This document shows positions 9,233-18,839 of a DNA stretch of 52,015 bases, piece after piece. Numbering within the stretch: the first letter of the stretch is position 1; each line of letters begins with the position of its first letter. Both the position numbers and the translations under genes were made by a program. This DNA comes from an uncultured Verrucomicrobiota bacterium (lineage in GTDB: Bacteria > Verrucomicrobiota > Verrucomicrobiia > Limisphaerales > CAIMTB01), in the NCBI GenBank assembly GCA_903844265.1, contig CAIMTB010000629.1:1-52015 (forward strand), read 5' to 3'. The notes beneath the pieces are model-generated. The model was not told the origin of the DNA, ran no database searches, and saw only the letters and a program-made list of their open reading frames with translations.

Positions 9233-10270
9233 TCAACCCGCGACCCCGTGCCGCTTGTCGTGGCGCTGCGCCGAATGGTCGGCATGATAGATGACCTCAT
9301 GCGTGACCACGGCGTCGGCAAGACTGGTCAGAGCCATCTCCCGACCCTCGTCCAACGCCGTGAAAAACGCCTCGAACTGCGCCTGGTACGGATGATCCGA
9401 CACGTCGCCCGAGTCCAGCATCGGCACCCCCAACCGACTCCACTGCTTCTTGCTCAACCCGCCCAGCCGCGAACTGAAAAACTTGTCGTCCAACAATGTC
9501 CCCTCGCTGCCCACCAACTGGACCCTGAAGTAATACGGCTGCTGGCAGTCGATCACCGACGCGCACTTCCCCACCCGACCGTCCTTGAACCGCAGGATGC
9601 TCACGCTTGTGGTCGGATATTCGTAGGCCGCGAAATCCTTCGAGCTCGAGTGGGTCGCATAACTGCTCACGGTCTCGACGTCCGGCCCCATCAGCAGCAG
9701 CAGGGCGTCCATCGCATGGCAACCCGCCGACAACAGGCTGCTCCCGCCCGCACCCTTCCGGACGTTCCACCGGTACTGCCCATACCACGGCCCGATGCCG
9801 TGGAAATAGTCGACCTCGGCGTAATGCACGCGACCGAGCAGTCCCTGGTCGACGAACGCCTTGGCCGTCCGCAACTGGCTCGAGTACCGGCACTCGAAGC
9901 AGACACAGGTCCTCACCCCCGCCTTGTCAACCGCCTCCCGGACCGCCATCAAATCCTCGTGGTTCAACGCCACCGGTTTTTCGATGATCAGGTGCTTTCC
10001 CGCCTGCGCCGCCGCGATGGCCTGATGCGCATGGTCCTGCGGATACGAGCAGACCGACACCACATCGAGATCCGGCTGGGCCAGGAACGATTTCAGGTCC
10101 CGAAACACCCGCACCGGACCCCCGTGCTGCGCCGACAGCTTCGCCTCGTCCAGCGCCCGTGCCGAAAGGATCGAGCCGACCCGGGCCCGACCCGTCGCCT
10201 GGATCGCCGGGATGTGCGCGCTCGCAACCCAACCGTAACCGATGATGCCGACGTTGTAGGAAGTGGCCAT
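9233..10270 (-). CDS. Gfo/Idh/MocA family NAD(P)-dependent oxidoreductase (cytoplasmic)
   Basis: VGIIGYGWV, DVVSVCS....H, AGKHLIIEKP, GGSSLL..GCHAMD; start at ATG 10270. Confidence 0.92.
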   Translation of the reverse strand: MATSYNVGIIGYGWVASAHIPAIQATGRARVGSILSARALDEAKLSAQHGGPVRVFRDLKSFLAQPDLDVVSVCSYPQDHAHQAIAAAQAGKHLIIEKPVALNHEDLMAVREAVDKAGVRTCVCFECRYSSQLRTAKAFVDQGLLGRVHYAEVDYFHGIGPWYGQYRWNVRKGAGGSSLLSAGCHAMDALLLLMGPDVETVSSYATHSSSKDFAAYEYPTTSVSILRFKDGRVGKCASVIDCQQPYYFRVQLVGSEGTLLDDKFFSSRLGGLSKKQWSRLGVPMLDSGDVSDHPYQAQFEAFFTALDEGREMALTSLADAVVTHEVIYHADHSAQRHDKRHGVAG

Positions 10271-10297
10271 GTTGTGTCCGGGGATTGGTCTGACGCG

Positions 10298-10326
10298 ATG
10301 CCACCCAACCCGCGCCGGCTTGTCAA
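10298..10326 (-). promoter_or_regulatory. Putative sigma70-type promoter of the oxidoreductase gene
   Basis: TTGACA-N17-TGGCAT on the minus strand, 27 nt before the ATG. Confidence 0.45.
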
Positions 10327-10394
10327 AGCCTTCCCGTCTCGCGGTCCCGGTTGCCCCGGGTGCAAGTCCCTGCTCTCCTGTGCGGATGCCCCCG

Positions 10395-12596
10395 ATGAAC
10401 CGTGCACGATCGCTTGCGATTCCGTTATGGAGTGCGGTGGCTTGCCACCGCTTTCCACCCGAGGTCGGCTTAGCCGCTCGCTGCGGATTCACGCCCTCCA
10501 AAGCGGTGGCAAGCCACCGCTCTCCAAATTCGCCCGGCCCCCTCCGCCTGGTTTGCGCCCTGTTCGCGTTCGCGTTCGCCCTGGCGCTCACGCTCACCTC
10601 TCCGCTCAGCGCCTTCCCCGACGGGGTCGCAGACAACCTCGTCGACAAGGTCCGGCCGATACCGCCGCCAGGCGTCGAAATCCCGGCGGACGACCGCAGG
10701 CAACTGACCGGTGCGGTCGCGCGCCTTGGCGCGGCGATCGAATCGGCACGCCCGGACCTCCCGCCGGCGACGCGTCCACGCATCACCGACGTGGAGATCT
10801 TCCACAAGGCCGTCGATTGGGCGCTGCGCTACAACGAGTTCTTCGCAACCAACGAGGTGACCATCGCGAAGGCGCTGCTCGCGGAAGGGTGGAAGCGCCT
10901 CGGGGCGCTGGTCGACGGCCGGACGCCGTGGCTTTCGCAAACGGGCCCCGTGGCGCTCGGCTATGTCTCGCGCATCGACGGCTCGGTGCAACCCTACGGG
11001 CTCGTGGTCCCGGACGGGTTCTCGACGAACACACCGCAGCGGTTCCGTCTCGATTTCTGGTTCCATGGCCGCGGCGAGAAACTGAGCGAACTCTCGTTCA
11101 TCAACGATCGTACGAATCGCCGCGGTGAGTTCGCCCCGGCCGGGGCGTTCGTGCTCCACCCCTACGGCCGGTACTGCAACGGGTCGCGCTTCGCCGGCGA
11201 GGTGGATGCGTGGGAAGCATTGGCCAACGCCCAGTCGCGCTACCCGATCGACAACGACCGCCTCGTCGTCCGCGGTTTTTCCCTGGGCGGCGCCTCCTGC
11301 TGGCACTTCGCCGTCCACCATGCCGCACGCTGGGCCGCCGCCGCCCCGGGAGCCGGGTTCAGCGAAACCGCAGAGTTCCTGCGGGTTTTCCAAAACGAAA
11401 AACTCCAGCCCTCGTGGTGGGAACAAAAACTCTGGAACCTCCACGACGCCACGGCCCACGCCCTCAACGTCTCCATGGTCCCCCTCGTCGCCTATAGCGG
11501 CGAAAAGGACTCCCAACGCCAGGCCGCCATCGCCATGGAACACGCCCTCGCCGCCGAAGACCTCGACATGACCCACGTCATCGGCACCGGCGCCGGCCAC
11601 AATTACACGCCGGCCGCCCGCGAAGAGATCAACCGCCGCCTCGACGCCGCGGCCCTGCACGGTCGCGACCCGCTGCCCACCACAGTGCGCTTCGTCACCC
11701 ATTCCCTCCGCTTTCCCACGATGGCCTGGGTCACCCTCGACGCCCTGGGCCAACATTGGGAACCCGCCCGCATCGAGGCGAAACTGTTCCCCGCCGAAAA
11801 CCGCATCGTCGCCTCCCTCACCAACATCACCGCGCTTACATTCGAAATCCAACCCGGCCTGGCCCCGTTCGACCTGCGCCGCCCCGTGTCCGTCGAACTC
11901 AACGGCCAGACCCTCCCCTCGCGCAGGCCCCAGACCGACCGATCCTGGTCGGCATCGTTCCACCTCGCCGACGGACAATGGACCACGGGCGTAATCGCTG
12001 ACGACGGGAGCCTGAGGAAGCGCGCCGGGCTCCAGGGCCCGATCGACGACGCGTTCATGGACGCGTTCTTGTTCGTCCGCCCGACGGGCACGCCGTTGAA
12101 CGAGACCGTGGGGAAATGGACCCGGCAGGAGATGCAGCGAGCCATCGAACAGTGGCGCAGCCAATTCCGGGGCGACGTTCGCATCAAGGACGACACCGCG
12201 TTGACGGATGCCGACCGCGCCGCACACCACCTCATCCTATGGGGCGATCCCTCGAGCAACGCCGAACTGGCGCGGATAGCGCCGAAGCTCACGATTCGCT
12301 GGGATGCCAGCGGCGTGGCCCTGCCAGGCCGGACATTTTCCGCGGACCATTTCGCGCCGATACTCATCCAGCCGAACCCGTCCCACCCCGCGCGCTACGT
12401 GGTGCTGAACAGCGGGTTCACCTTCCGCGAGTACGACTATCTCAACAACGCCCGGCAAACGCCCAAGCTTCCCGACTGGGCCATCGTCGATCTTTCGCAG
12501 CCACCGAACTCACGCTTTCCAGGGGCCATCGCCACCGCGGGATTCTTCGGCGAGCGCTGGGAATGGAAGGCACCGCCGGCGGACCCGACTCGCTGA
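10395..12596 (+). CDS. Secreted alpha/beta-hydrolase (prolyl oligopeptidase/esterase-like)
   Basis: SRIDGSVQPYGL.VP, FHGRG, nucleophile GFSLGG, YSGEKD, GAGH; hydrophobic signal LVCALFAFAFALALTLTSPLSA; start ATG 10395 or 10386. Confidence 0.85.
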   Translation: MNRARSLAIPLWSAVACHRFPPEVGLAARCGFTPSKAVASHRSPNSPGPLRLVCALFAFAFALALTLTSPLSAFPDGVADNLVDKVRPIPPPGVEIPADDRRQLTGAVARLGAAIESARPDLPPATRPRITDVEIFHKAVDWALRYNEFFATNEVTIAKALLAEGWKRLGALVDGRTPWLSQTGPVALGYVSRIDGSVQPYGLVVPDGFSTNTPQRFRLDFWFHGRGEKLSELSFINDRTNRRGEFAPAGAFVLHPYGRYCNGSRFAGEVDAWEALANAQSRYPIDNDRLVVRGFSLGGASCWHFAVHHAARWAAAAPGAGFSETAEFLRVFQNEKLQPSWWEQKLWNLHDATAHALNVSMVPLVAYSGEKDSQRQAAIAMEHALAAEDLDMTHVIGTGAGHNYTPAAREEINRRLDAAALHGRDPLPTTVRFVTHSLRFPTMAWVTLDALGQHWEPARIEAKLFPAENRIVASLTNITALTFEIQPGLAPFDLRRPVSVELNGQTLPSRRPQTDRSWSASFHLADGQWTTGVIADDGSLRKRAGLQGPIDDAFMDAFLFVRPTGTPLNETVGKWTRQEMQRAIEQWRSQFRGDVRIKDDTALTDADRAAHHLILWGDPSSNAELARIAPKLTIRWDASGVALPGRTFSADHFAPILIQPNPSHPARYVVLNSGFTFREYDYLNNARQTPKLPDWAIVDLSQPPNSRFPGAIATAGFFGERWEWKAPPADPTR
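10428..10526. repeat. REP doublet (family B), 99 bp, inside the hydrolase 5' coding region
   Basis: 27-bp arms TGGAGTGCGGTGGCTTGCCACCGCTTT (10428-10454) and AAAGCGGTGGCAAGCCACCGCTCTCCA (10500-10526), inverted with 1 mismatch; each arm is itself palindromic. Confidence 0.88.
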
Positions 12597-12635
12597 TCGA
12601 TGGATGCACGGCGGTCGCGACCGCGCGCGCCCCTG

Positions 12636-12723
12636 CATGGAGGGCGTCGGTCCCTCGACGCCACACATGGAGGGCGTAGGCCCCTCGACGCCACACAGGG
12701 AGAGCGTCGGTCCCTCGACGCCA
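12636..12723. repeat. Tandem array of three 30-bp REP-like units (family C)
   Basis: CATGGAGGGCGTCGGTCCCTCGACGCCACA x3 with an exact 30-bp period; internal hairpin GGCGTCG-gtccct-CGACGCC. Confidence 0.88.
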
Positions 12724-12838
12724 TCGCTCAGAGCCTGTCTGAAACTCCGAGGGGTCGCCTCTCCCGCGGTGGCACCGCCCGCTCCTCCACAAATCGCAGC
12801 CGTGCGTCGCGGCCATCGGTGTGTTACGGTGCGCCCGC

Positions 12839-15800
12839 ATGATCCCCCGCGTTCCGCGCCCCTGCCCCGGCGTCCTCGTCGCCCTGCTCGCAGCCCTGCT
12901 CGCGACCTGGCTTTCGAACGCCACGCATGCTGCGAGCCCCCTCGCGCTCTCCGAGTTCCTCGCCTCCAACACCAAGGGGATCCTCGACGAGAACGGCGAT
13001 GGCGAGGATTGGATCGAGCTGCACAACACCAGCGCCCAGGTGGTGAACGCGGGCGGTTGGTACCTGACCGACGATCCGACAGTCCTGACCAAATGGCGCA
13101 TGCCGGCGACCAACATGGCCCCGGGCGGATTCATCGTCGTCTTTGCCTCGGCCAAGGATCGGGCCAATGCAGGAGCGCCGCTGCACACCAACTTCAAACT
13201 GAACAACCAGGGTGAATACCTCGCGCTGGTCGAACCGGATGGCGAGACCGTCGCCACGGATTACGCGCCCGAGTTCCCTCCCCAGGCGCCGGATGTTTCG
13301 TTCGGCCTCGACGCCACCGGGACGCAGCGATTCTTCGCCACCCCGACGCCAGGCGCCATCAACGGAACCGGCTACATCGCGCGGGTCGGCGACACGAAAT
13401 TCAGCGTCGACCGCGGCTTCTTCACCAACACGTTCGAGCTCGCCATCACCTCCGTCACCGATGGCGCCGAGATCCGTTACACAACCAACGGGGCGCCCCC
13501 CACCGCGAGCAGCGGGACGGCCTACTCGAATCCCATCCGCATCGACGGCACCACCGTCGTCCGGGCCGCGGCATTCAAGCCCGGCTACCTGCCTTCCAAT
13601 GTCGATTCGCACTCGTACCTGTTCACCAGCGACATCATCCGCCAATCGCCCACCGGGGCACCCCCGACCAACTGGCCGACGTCGTGGGGCTCGAACTCGC
13701 GTGATTACGGCATGGATCCCGACGTCGTGAACGACCCGCGCTACAAGGACAAGATCCAGCCCGCGCTGCTGAGCCTGCCGTCGTTCTGCATCAACATGAC
13801 CCTCGCCGACCTGTTCGACCGCACCCGCGGCATCTACGCGAACGCAGGCCAGGACGGCATTGCCTGGGAGCGGCCGATGTCGCTGGAACTGATCTACCCG
13901 GACGGCCGCAAGGGATTCCAGATCGACGGCGGCATCCGGATTCGCGGCGGCTTCAGCCGGAGCACCGACAACCCGAAGCACGCGTTCCGCTTCTTCTTCC
14001 GCCCCGAATACGGCACCGCGAAACTGAGATACCCGGTGTTCGGCCAGGTCGCGGCCGAGGAATTCGAAGGCTTCGACCTCCGCACGTTCCAGAATTATTC
14101 GTGGAGTTTCCAGGGCGATTCGAGGGGGACGTTCATGCGCGACATGTTCAACCGCGACGCTCAGCTCGCCACGGGCAGCCAGGGTGAGCGCGGGGATTAC
14201 TACCACCTCTACATCAACGGCCAGTATTGGGGCCTCTACAACACCTGCGAGCGCGCCGAAGCCAGCTACGGCGCCACGTACTACGGCGGAGCCAAGGAGG
14301 ATTACGACGTCATCAAGGTCGAGGCCGGCAGCTACGTCGTCCTCGCCACCGACGGCACGATGTCCGCCTGGACCACCGTCTACAACCTCGTGAAACCCGG
14401 CGCGACCGACACGATCTACCGCCGCCTCATGGGCCAGAATCCCGACGGCACACGCAACCCCACCTACCCCGTCTACCTCGATCCGGTGAACCTGATCGAC
14501 TACATGCTGATCATTCTCTGGGGCGGCAACCTCGATGCCCCGATCTCCAACTTCCTCGGCAATACCAGCCCCAACAACTTCTTCGGCATCTGGAACCGCA
14601 CCCGGCAGGACCTCGGCTTCCAGTGGTTCGTCCACGACGCCGAACACACGCTCCTCAACGTCAACGAGGACCGCACCGGGCCCTACTCCGCCGGCGACAG
14701 CTCGGTCACCAAGAGCAGCCCCCAGTGGCTCTGGCAAAAACTCCTCGCCAGCCCGGAGTTCAAGGTGCTCGTCCGCGATCGCGTCCAACGCCACTTCTTC
14801 AACGCCGGCCCGCTCTCCGCCAACGGCGCACGCACGAACTACCTCGTCCGCAAAGCCCAGATCGACACCGCCGTCATTGGAGAATCCGCACGATGGGGCG
14901 ATGCCAAACGCGCCTCAGACCCCTTCGACCGCGACTCCGACTGGGTCCCCGCCGTCAACGCCAACCTCAACTTCATCGCCCAACGCCCCGCCGTCGTGCT
15001 GGCCCAACTCCGCACCGACGGCCTCTGGCCCACGACGCCTGTCCCACAATTCAACCAGCAGGGCGGCCCCGTCCCGCCGGCCTTCAGCCTCGTCATGTCC
15101 GCGTCAGGCTCCGCGATCTACTACACTCTCGACGGTTCCGACCCGCGTCGCCCCGGCGGCGCCGTCTCCCCCTCCGCCATCCCCTACACCTCTCCCATCC
15201 CGATCACACAGTCGACCACGGTGAAGGCTCGCATCCTCGTGAACAACGACTGGAGCGCGCTGAACGAGGCCGAGTTCACCGTCATCCAGACCTTCAGCGA
15301 ACTCGCCCTCACCGAGATCCATTATCACCCGGCTCCGTCACCCGACCGGGCCGGTGACGACTTCGAGTTCGTCGAGTTGAAGAACATCGGGGGGCAGGAA
15401 CTCGACCTGGGCGGCGTGCATTTCACGGACGGCATCGGCTTCCGTTTCCCGAACGGCGCACGGCTCAGGCCCGGCGCTTTCGCTGTCCTGGTGCGAAACC
15501 CCGAGGCCTTCACGAACCGCTATCCCACCGTGCCCGTCACCGGCGTCTACACGGGTGGCCTCGCCAACACCGGCGAACGTCTCTCACTCGTGCACGCCGT
15601 CGGCACCTCGATCCTCAGCGTGGCCTGGGACACGCGCCCACCCTGGCCCGAACTCACCGACGGCCAGGGGTTCTCCCTCGTGCCCATCCAGGCGAACGCG
15701 ACATCGCTCGACGCCCCGTCGGCCTGGCGTGCGAGTTCCCACGAGGGCGGATCGCCCGGCTCCGATGACCCGACGCCCGGCATCGTGCCCGTGGTGATCA

Positions 15801-18244
15801 ACGAGATCCTCACCCATACCGACCCGCCGCTGCTCGACACCGTCGAGTTGCACAACCCCACCGACGCCACCGCGAACATCGCCGGTTGGTGGCTCACCGA
15901 CGACAGGCTCATCCCGGAAAAATTCAGGATCCCGGCAGGCACCACGATTCCCGCGCACGGCTTCCTCGCGTTCAGCGAACTCGACTTCAACACGCCCACC
16001 AACGCCACAACCTCGTTCACCTTCAGCTCCTACGGCGACGATGTGTGGCTGTTCAGCGCCGACGCCGCCGGGAAACTCACCGGCTACAGCGACGGATTCC
16101 ATTTCCCCGCCTCGGCCAACGCCGTGACCTTCGGCCGCATGACCAACAGCGCAGGCCAACTGCGCTTCCCGCCGCAGATCCTCAACACGCTCGGCCAACC
16201 CAACGCCGGCCCGCAAATCGGACCCGTGGTGATCAGCGAAATCCATTACGAACCGGCCCCGGGCGGCGCAGAATTCATCGAGATCCGCAACATCACCGCA
16301 TCGCCGGTCCCACTCTTCGACCCGCTCGCACCCACCAACACCTGGCACATCGAGGGCCTCGGCTTCACGTTCCCCACCAACGTCATCCTCCCCCCGGATG
16401 GACTCGCCGTCGTGACCCCAGGCAACCCCGTCGCTTTCCGCAACCAATACGCCGTCCCCGCCGAAGTGCCCGTGTTCGGCCCCTGCGCAGGCGCGCTCCA
16501 GGACAACGGCGAAACACTGGTCCTCCAGCGACCCGACAAACCGGACTTCCTCCCCGACGGCTCCGTGTTCGTCCCCTACCTCGTCGTCGACCAGGTCGAG
16601 TACAACAACAAGCCCCCGTGGCCAGTCGCAGCCGCAGGCCAGGGCCCCTCGCTGGTCCGCAGAAATCCAGCAAGGTTCGGCGACGATCCGAGCGCATGGA
16701 CTACAAGCGTAGGCGATCCGTCGCCCGGGTTGGTCGACAGCAGCAACCGCCCCCCGACCGCAGACGCAGGTCCGGACTCCGAGTTCGAGGCCGCCACATT
16801 CCCGGCCCCGGTCACGCTCAACGGAACCGGCATGGACGACGGTTTGCCCGAGGTGCCCGGCAGGCTCTCGTTCCTCTGGAGCCAGGTCGACGGTCCGGGC
16901 GCCGTCACGCTCAACGATGCGACCCGCAGCAACGCCGTGGTCCAACTGCCCGGCACGGGCACCTACCTCCTGCGCCTCACCGTCTCCGATGGCGAACGGA
17001 TCCGATCAGACGACGTCGCGATCACGGTCCATCGGCCCTCGGTCCAGCAGGCACTTGTGGCGGCCGGTTCCACCTGGAAATACCTGGAGGACGGCACCGA
17101 ACCGGGCACCGCCTGGGTGGCGCGCGCCTTCGACGACAGCCAATGGAAGATCGGCACCGCCGAACTCGGGTACGGCGACGGAGACGAGAGCACGGTGCTC
17201 GCGATCAACGCCGGCCCGGTGAAGACCATCGCGTTCTACTTCCGGAAGACATTCAGCGTCCCAGACCCCAGGACGATCACGGCGCTGAACGTCCGGCTCG
17301 TGCGGGACGACGGCGCGATGGTCTATCTCAACGGCACGCTGGTCTTCCGCTCCAACATGCCCGAGGGCGATGTGAATTCACAGACCTGGGCCAGCCAGGT
17401 CGTGGGTGGCGCCGATGAATCGGCGTTCTTCGAGCAGGCTGTCGATCCCGCCGTCCTGGTCGCGGGCAACAATGTCCTCGCCGTGGAAGTCCACCAGTCC
17501 GGCGCGTCCAGCTCCGACGTGAGCTTCAACCTCGCCCTCGACGCGATGACCAGCGCCTCCAATCTCGCCCCCACGGCGGACGCCGGGCCCGATCGCAACA
17601 CCACGGCCGGCACGCCCACGGTCCTCACCGGCCGCTACACCGACGATGGACTGCCCAGCCCACCGGGCGTGGTGACTTTCGCGTGGTCGCAACTCAGCGG
17701 CCCTGCACCGGCCGTTTTCGACCGCACCAACACGCCAGCCACCACCGTGAACTTCCCGAGCGCCGGCAACTACACGCTCCGCTTCGTCGTCTTCGACGGC
17801 GTGCTCTCCGCCTCGGACGACACGACGTTCACCGTGACCGGCTCGGGTGGCGGCGGCGAATTCTCCGCGTGGAAGACCGCGCATTTCAGCGCGGCTGAAC
17901 TGGCAAACCCGGGGATCAGCGGCGACGACGCCGACCCTGATGGCGATGGACAATCGAACCGCAATGAGTACCTGAGCGGCACCGATCCAAGAAACCCCGC
18001 CAGCGCGCTGCGCGTCGGCGCCGTCGTGGGAGCCGACACCACGGTGCGGCTCACGTTCCCGGTCCTGCCCGGCCGCACCTATTCGATTCTTTCGCGCGCA
18101 GCCGCCGCCACCGGCCCTTGGGAAGTGGTGAGCAGCATCGAACCCGCCAATTGCGACTGCCCTGTCACCGTCACGGTGCCCGGCCCCACGGTCCTATCCG
18201 GCGCCCGTTTCTACCGCGTCGTGACCCCCAGGATCGCGCCCTGA
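12839..18244 (+). CDS. Large secreted protein with lamin-tail domains, a CotH-like kinase, chitobiase/FN3-associated and PKD-like domains
   Basis: Signal peptide; LTD motifs (LSEFLASN...DWIELHN, LTEIHYHP...EFVELKN, INEILTH...DTVELHN, ISEIHY...EFIEIRN); IRYTTNG/IYYTLDGSDP; CotH region (GIRIRGG.SR, LYINGQYWGLY...ER, NNFF, WFVHDAE); two ADAGPD PKD-like repeats; DADPDGDGQSN..EY..GTDP. Confidence 0.88.
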   Translation: MIPRVPRPCPGVLVALLAALLATWLSNATHAASPLALSEFLASNTKGILDENGDGEDWIELHNTSAQVVNAGGWYLTDDPTVLTKWRMPATNMAPGGFIVVFASAKDRANAGAPLHTNFKLNNQGEYLALVEPDGETVATDYAPEFPPQAPDVSFGLDATGTQRFFATPTPGAINGTGYIARVGDTKFSVDRGFFTNTFELAITSVTDGAEIRYTTNGAPPTASSGTAYSNPIRIDGTTVVRAAAFKPGYLPSNVDSHSYLFTSDIIRQSPTGAPPTNWPTSWGSNSRDYGMDPDVVNDPRYKDKIQPALLSLPSFCINMTLADLFDRTRGIYANAGQDGIAWERPMSLELIYPDGRKGFQIDGGIRIRGGFSRSTDNPKHAFRFFFRPEYGTAKLRYPVFGQVAAEEFEGFDLRTFQNYSWSFQGDSRGTFMRDMFNRDAQLATGSQGERGDYYHLYINGQYWGLYNTCERAEASYGATYYGGAKEDYDVIKVEAGSYVVLATDGTMSAWTTVYNLVKPGATDTIYRRLMGQNPDGTRNPTYPVYLDPVNLIDYMLIILWGGNLDAPISNFLGNTSPNNFFGIWNRTRQDLGFQWFVHDAEHTLLNVNEDRTGPYSAGDSSVTKSSPQWLWQKLLASPEFKVLVRDRVQRHFFNAGPLSANGARTNYLVRKAQIDTAVIGESARWGDAKRASDPFDRDSDWVPAVNANLNFIAQRPAVVLAQLRTDGLWPTTPVPQFNQQGGPVPPAFSLVMSASGSAIYYTLDGSDPRRPGGAVSPSAIPYTSPIPITQSTTVKARILVNNDWSALNEAEFTVIQTFSELALTEIHYHPAPSPDRAGDDFEFVELKNIGGQELDLGGVHFTDGIGFRFPNGARLRPGAFAVLVRNPEAFTNRYPTVPVTGVYTGGLANTGERLSLVHAVGTSILSVAWDTRPPWPELTDGQGFSLVPIQANATSLDAPSAWRASSHEGGSPGSDDPTPGIVPVVINEILTHTDPPLLDTVELHNPTDATANIAGWWLTDDRLIPEKFRIPAGTTIPAHGFLAFSELDFNTPTNATTSFTFSSYGDDVWLFSADAAGKLTGYSDGFHFPASANAVTFGRMTNSAGQLRFPPQILNTLGQPNAGPQIGPVVISEIHYEPAPGGAEFIEIRNITASPVPLFDPLAPTNTWHIEGLGFTFPTNVILPPDGLAVVTPGNPVAFRNQYAVPAEVPVFGPCAGALQDNGETLVLQRPDKPDFLPDGSVFVPYLVVDQVEYNNKPPWPVAAAGQGPSLVRRNPARFGDDPSAWTTSVGDPSPGLVDSSNRPPTADAGPDSEFEAATFPAPVTLNGTGMDDGLPEVPGRLSFLWSQVDGPGAVTLNDATRSNAVVQLPGTGTYLLRLTVSDGERIRSDDVAITVHRPSVQQALVAAGSTWKYLEDGTEPGTAWVARAFDDSQWKIGTAELGYGDGDESTVLAINAGPVKTIAFYFRKTFSVPDPRTITALNVRLVRDDGAMVYLNGTLVFRSNMPEGDVNSQTWASQVVGGADESAFFEQAVDPAVLVAGNNVLAVEVHQSGASSSDVSFNLALDAMTSASNLAPTADAGPDRNTTAGTPTVLTGRYTDDGLPSPPGVVTFAWSQLSGPAPAVFDRTNTPATTVNFPSAGNYTLRFVVFDGVLSASDDTTFTVTGSGGGGEFSAWKTAHFSAAELANPGISGDDADPDGDGQSNRNEYLSGTDPRNPASALRVGAVVGADTTVRLTFPVLPGRTYSILSRAAAATGPWEVVSSIEPANCDCPVTVTVPGPTVLSGARFYRVVTPRIAP

Positions 18245-18293
18245 CCTGACGTTCCTTGACGAGAGCGGGACCCGATGACCTTCCGCCGCAAAT

Positions 18294-18328
18294 AAAAAAC
18301 CGGGACCCGCGCAAGCGGTGATCCCGGT
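18294..18328 (-). terminator. Intrinsic terminator downstream of the peroxiredoxin
   Basis: Hairpin ACCGGGA-c-CCGC-gcaa-GCGG-tga-TCCCGGT preceded by an A-run on + (U-tract on -). Confidence 0.7.
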
Positions 18329-18359
18329 CCTGAAAGACGGGCGTTGGACGGCGCCGGGC

Positions 18360-18839
18360 TCAGCGCAACTCCGCGAGCACGGCCTTGATCTTTGCGAAAT
18401 CCGGAAGCTCCTTCGGCGAGGGAGTCTGCTCCGCGTGGCGGACGACGCCATCACGGTCGATGACGAAAGCGGCGCGGGCGGAGGTGTCGCCGATGCCGGC
18501 GAGAGCCTTGAACTCGACGCCGTAGGCGCGGGTGGTTTCCTTGTTGAGATCGCTGACCAGCGGGATGCTGATCTTCTCCTGCTTGGCCCAGGCCTCCTGC
18601 GCGAACGGGCTGTCGACGCTGATCCCGATGACCTCGGCATTGAGGCCCTGGTAGACGTTGATGCCCTGGCTGACGTCGCAGAGCTCGGAAGTGCAGACGC
18701 TGGTGAATGCCAGCGGGAAGAAGAGCAACACGGTGTTCTTCTTGCCGAAGTTCTCACTGAGCTTCACGTCGAGCAGCCCGGTGGCGTTCTTCGACTTGAG
18801 GGTGAAATCAGGAGCGCGGGTTCCAACTGCGATGGCCAT
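18360..18839 (-). CDS. Peroxiredoxin (AhpE/BCP-PrxQ-like)
   Basis: APDFTL, FFPLAFTSVCTSELC (PxxxTxxC), GISVDSPF, LVSD, RAAFVIDRDG. Confidence 0.93.
   Translation of the reverse strand: MAIAVGTRAPDFTLKSKNATGLLDVKLSENFGKKNTVLLFFPLAFTSVCTSELCDVSQGINVYQGLNAEVIGISVDSPFAQEAWAKQEKISIPLVSDLNKETTRAYGVEFKALAGIGDTSARAAFVIDRDGVVRHAEQTPSPKELPDFAKIKAVLAELR

Noticed and set aside
12636-12723. CRISPR array
   Set aside because: Units are contiguous 30-bp tandem repeats with no unique spacers, and there are no cas genes in the window
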